The translations under genes were made by a program, and so were the position numbers. Of a stretch of 64,000 nt of DNA, positions 61,607-64,000 are shown one piece after another. Each line of letters opens with the position of its first letter. Positions within the stretch are counted from its first letter, which is position 1. Under the pieces are notes generated by a model. The model ran no database searches and was not told where the DNA came from. It saw only the letters and a list, made by a program, of their open reading frames with translations. The stretch is from Lysobacterales bacterium (GTDB taxonomy: Bacteria; Pseudomonadota; Gammaproteobacteria; Xanthomonadales; SZUA-5), in NCBI GenBank assembly GCA_046346965.1, contig JAXMHB010000003.1, positions 228,778 through 292,777 on the forward strand, given 5' to 3'.

Positions 61607-61624
61607 GTCGGGAATCCTCCTTGA

Positions 61625-62023
61625 TTACACGCGACGGCGTTTCGGGGGACGGCAGCCGTTGTGCGGAATCGGCGTCACGTCGAGGATGTTGGTGACCTTC
61701 AGGCCGAGCGCGTTGAGCGCACGGACCGCAGACTCACGACCCGGGCCCGGACCCTTGATCCGAACTTCCAACGCCTTGACCCCGTACTCCAGAGCGACTC
61801 GCCCGGCTTTCTCGGCCGCAACCTGCGCGGCGAACGGCGTGCTCTTGCGGGAACCGCGAAAGCCCGCGCCGCCCGAGGTGGCCCAACTCAGGGCGTTGCC
61901 CTGGCGATCGGTAATCGTGATCACCGTGTTGTTGAACGAGGCTTGGACATGCGCAATGCCGTCCGAAACCGAGCGTTTGATCTTCTTCTTGGCCTTACCG
62001 GCCGCGGCTGGCGCCTTACTCAT
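61625..62023 (-). CDS. rpsK: 30S ribosomal protein S11
   Basis: Strong homology. Confidence 0.95.
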   Translation of the reverse strand: MSKAPAAAGKAKKKIKRSVSDGIAHVQASFNNTVITITDRQGNALSWATSGGAGFRGSRKSTPFAAQVAAEKAGRVALEYGVKALEVRIKGPGPGRESAVRALNALGLKVTNILDVTPIPHNGCRPPKRRRV

Positions 62024-62046
62024 GATCGAATTCCGTCAAAAGGTGC

Positions 62047-62403
62047 TTACTTCTTGATCTGCTTGCGCGGACCCTTGCGCGTGCGGGCGTTGGTGCGGGT
62101 GCGCTGTCCGCGCATCGGCAAGCCCTTGCGGTGACGCAGACCGCGGTAGCAACCGAGATCGATCAGACGCTTGACGCTCATCGCCACTTCACGACGGAGG
62201 TCACCCTCAACCGTGTACTTCGCAACCTCGGCGCGCAGACGCTCGACTTCGGCCTCGGTCAGACTCTTGACCTTGGTTTCCGCCGCCACGCCAGCCGCCA
62301 CGCAAATCTTGCGGGCGCTGCTCCGACCGACGCCGTAGATGCTGGTCAGACCAATCCACGCGTGCTTGTTGACGGGGATGTTGACTCCCGCAATACGTGC
62401 CAT
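62047..62403 (-). CDS. rpsM: 30S ribosomal protein S13
   Basis: Strong homology. GGAG RBS. Confidence 0.95.
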   Translation of the reverse strand: MARIAGVNIPVNKHAWIGLTSIYGVGRSSARKICVAAGVAAETKVKSLTEAEVERLRAEVAKYTVEGDLRREVAMSVKRLIDLGCYRGLRHRKGLPMRGQRTRTNARTRKGPRKQIKK

Positions 62404-62504
62404 AACAAATCTCCACTCAAAGCGCGACCGGATGAACCGCCTATTTTAGCAGGTCCGTTGCCCGTTCGCGCAAGCCTTCCGATGATCGAATGTCGCGTAC
62501 AGCT

Positions 62505-63854
62505 TTACTTCAGCAGACCGCCGCCGCGCCCCACGTTCTTCAAGTTCGCCTTCTTCAACAAGCTGTCGTACTGGTGCGACATCAAGTGCGCCTGGATCTG
62601 CGCCATAAAGTCCATCACGACGACCACCACGATCAGCAACGACGTGCCGCCGAAGTAGAAGGGAACGTTCATCGAGATGCGCATGATCTCGGGCAACAAG
62701 CAGACCGCGATCAGATACAACGCACCCACCGCAGTGAGACGAGTCAACACGCTGTCGATGTAATCGGCGGTCGCCTTGCCAGGGCGAATGCCGGGGATCA
62801 GCGCACCGGACTTCTTCAGATTGTCAGCCGTCTCCTGCGCGTTGAACACCAACGCGGTGTAGAAGAAGGCGAAGAAGAAGATCAGCGCCGCGTACAGCAC
62901 CATGTGCAGCGGTTGCTCCGGACCAAGCAAGGCCGCGAGCCGCTGCAACCAGCGCGTGCTCTCATCGCTACCAAACCAAGTCGCCGCGGTTGCCGGGAAC
63001 AGGATCAAGCTGGACGCGAAGATTGGCGGAATCACGCCGGCCATGTTCAACTTGAGCGGCAAGTGCGAAGCCTGGTTCATGTAGGCTTGGCGACCCGACA
63101 TCCGGCGCGCGTAGTTCACCGTGATGCGACGCTGGGCGCGCTCCATGAAGACCACGAACGCGGTCACCGCGGTGACGATGCCGACGACCAGCACGATCGC
63201 CAGGAAGTTCATCTGCCCGGTACTGGCCAACTGCAGCGTGTGCGCGATGGCACTTGGGAAACCTGCCACGATGCCGGCAAAGATCAGAATCGAGATGCCG
63301 TTACCGATGCCACGCTCCGTGACCTGCTCGCCCAGCCACATCAGGTACATGGTGCCGGCCGTCAGACTGATCACGGCAGTAACCAGGAAGCCGACGCCCG
63401 GGGAAATCACCACATTGCCGCCCTGTTGCTGCAGTGCGAAGGCAATGCCGAAGGCCTGGAAGATCGCGAGACCGAGGGTACCCCAGCGCGTGTACTTGGC
63501 CAGCGTCCGACGACCAGCTTCACCCTCCTTGCGGAGCGCCTGCAGCGAAGGCAGCGCCGTCGCAAGGATCTGCACGACAATGGACGCCGAGATATAGGGC
63601 ATCACGCCCAGCGCAAAAATCGAGAAGCGCGACAACGCGCCGCCCGAGAACATGTTGAAAACATCGATGATCGTGCCGCGCTGGGTGTCCATCAGGCGCA
63701 ACATCGCCTCTGGGTTGACACCCGGCACCGGAATGAAGCTGCCGGCGCGAAACACGATCAGCGCACCGAGCACGAAGAGCAAACGCGACCGGAGCTCGGT
63801 CAAACGACCGAGCCCGCCGAGCGCGGAACCTGCATTGCTGGACGCGTTGGCCAA
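62505..63854 (-). CDS. secY: Preprotein translocase subunit SecY
   Basis: 10 TM SecY homology. TTG start. Confidence 0.95.
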   Translation of the reverse strand: MANASSNAGSALGGLGRLTELRSRLLFVLGALIVFRAGSFIPVPGVNPEAMLRLMDTQRGTIIDVFNMFSGGALSRFSIFALGVMPYISASIVVQILATALPSLQALRKEGEAGRRTLAKYTRWGTLGLAIFQAFGIAFALQQQGGNVVISPGVGFLVTAVISLTAGTMYLMWLGEQVTERGIGNGISILIFAGIVAGFPSAIAHTLQLASTGQMNFLAIVLVVGIVTAVTAFVVFMERAQRRITVNYARRMSGRQAYMNQASHLPLKLNMAGVIPPIFASSLILFPATAATWFGSDESTRWLQRLAALLGPEQPLHMVLYAALIFFFAFFYTALVFNAQETADNLKKSGALIPGIRPGKATADYIDSVLTRLTAVGALYLIAVCLLPEIMRISMNVPFYFGGTSLLIVVVVVMDFMAQIQAHLMSHQYDSLLKKANLKNVGRGGGLLK

Positions 63855-63858
63855 GGGA

Positions 63859-64000
63859 TTACTCCACCGAACCGCCAGCAGCTTCGATCGCGGCCTTGGC
63901 GCCGGCCGTGCAGAGCACGCCCTTCACCTTGATCGCACGCGCAATGTCACCCTGCTTGACGATCTTTACGCGCTTGACGTCAGCATCAACCAGACCCGCT
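63859..64000 (-). CDS. rplO: 50S ribosomal protein L15 (3' part; the gene continues beyond the window)
   Basis: The C-terminal ...[14 protein letters not shown] matches L15. Confidence 0.85.
   Translation of the reverse strand, partial: AGLVDADVKRVKIVKQGDIARAIKVKGVLCTAGAKAAIEAAGGSVE

Overview
This is a 64 kb chromosomal segment from a high-GC (about 68-70%) gammaproteobacterium. The gene content and order look Xanthomonadales/Lysobacteraceae-like. Housekeeping blocks include:
- pgk
- bamD divergent from rluD-pgeF
- tusDCBE-grxC
- epmB divergent from efp
- ubiG-gph
- the alpha ribosomal operon, secY-rpsM-rpsK-rpsD-rpoA-rplQ, followed by dsbB and a class II DAHP synthase

A phosphate and polyphosphate block (PPK2, ppk1-ppx, phoR-phoB) and a kduI-kduD pectin-degradation pair are also present.

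Between these sit accessory-looking genes:
- an OleC/OleD-like acyl-AMP ligase and epimerase pair, with a coupled small Cys-rich ORF
- a secreted subtilase
- a Cys-type sulfatase
- a SUKH/SMI1-like secreted protein
- a sigma-54 response-regulator and histidine-kinase pair
- an OlsF-like bifunctional acyltransferase with an LpxH-like phosphoesterase
- a Grx4-IscA-like-rhodanese fusion
- a protein with an IPTL-CTERM-like sorting tail, next to a TPR-sulfotransferase and an SPFH protein
- a FimX-like degenerate GGDEF-EAL protein

No transposase, integrase, CRISPR array or rRNA was seen.

The most unusual content is non-coding. A 1.2 kb repeat-rich region (11.4-12.6 kb) carries about 11 palindromic TCGCGA cores phased at multiples of about 11 bp. 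Inverted arrays of 8-mer tandem repeats fill the response-regulator/kinase intergenic region. A (GAGTCCC)n heptamer microsatellite lies upstream of the glutaredoxin fusion gene. A dispersed, G-quadruplex-capable element of about 115 bp occurs three times. Two adjacent tRNA-like sequences look degenerate.

Many long ORFs in the supplied track are antisense GC-artefacts and were not called. All coordinates are from manual reading and may be off by 1-3 nt.
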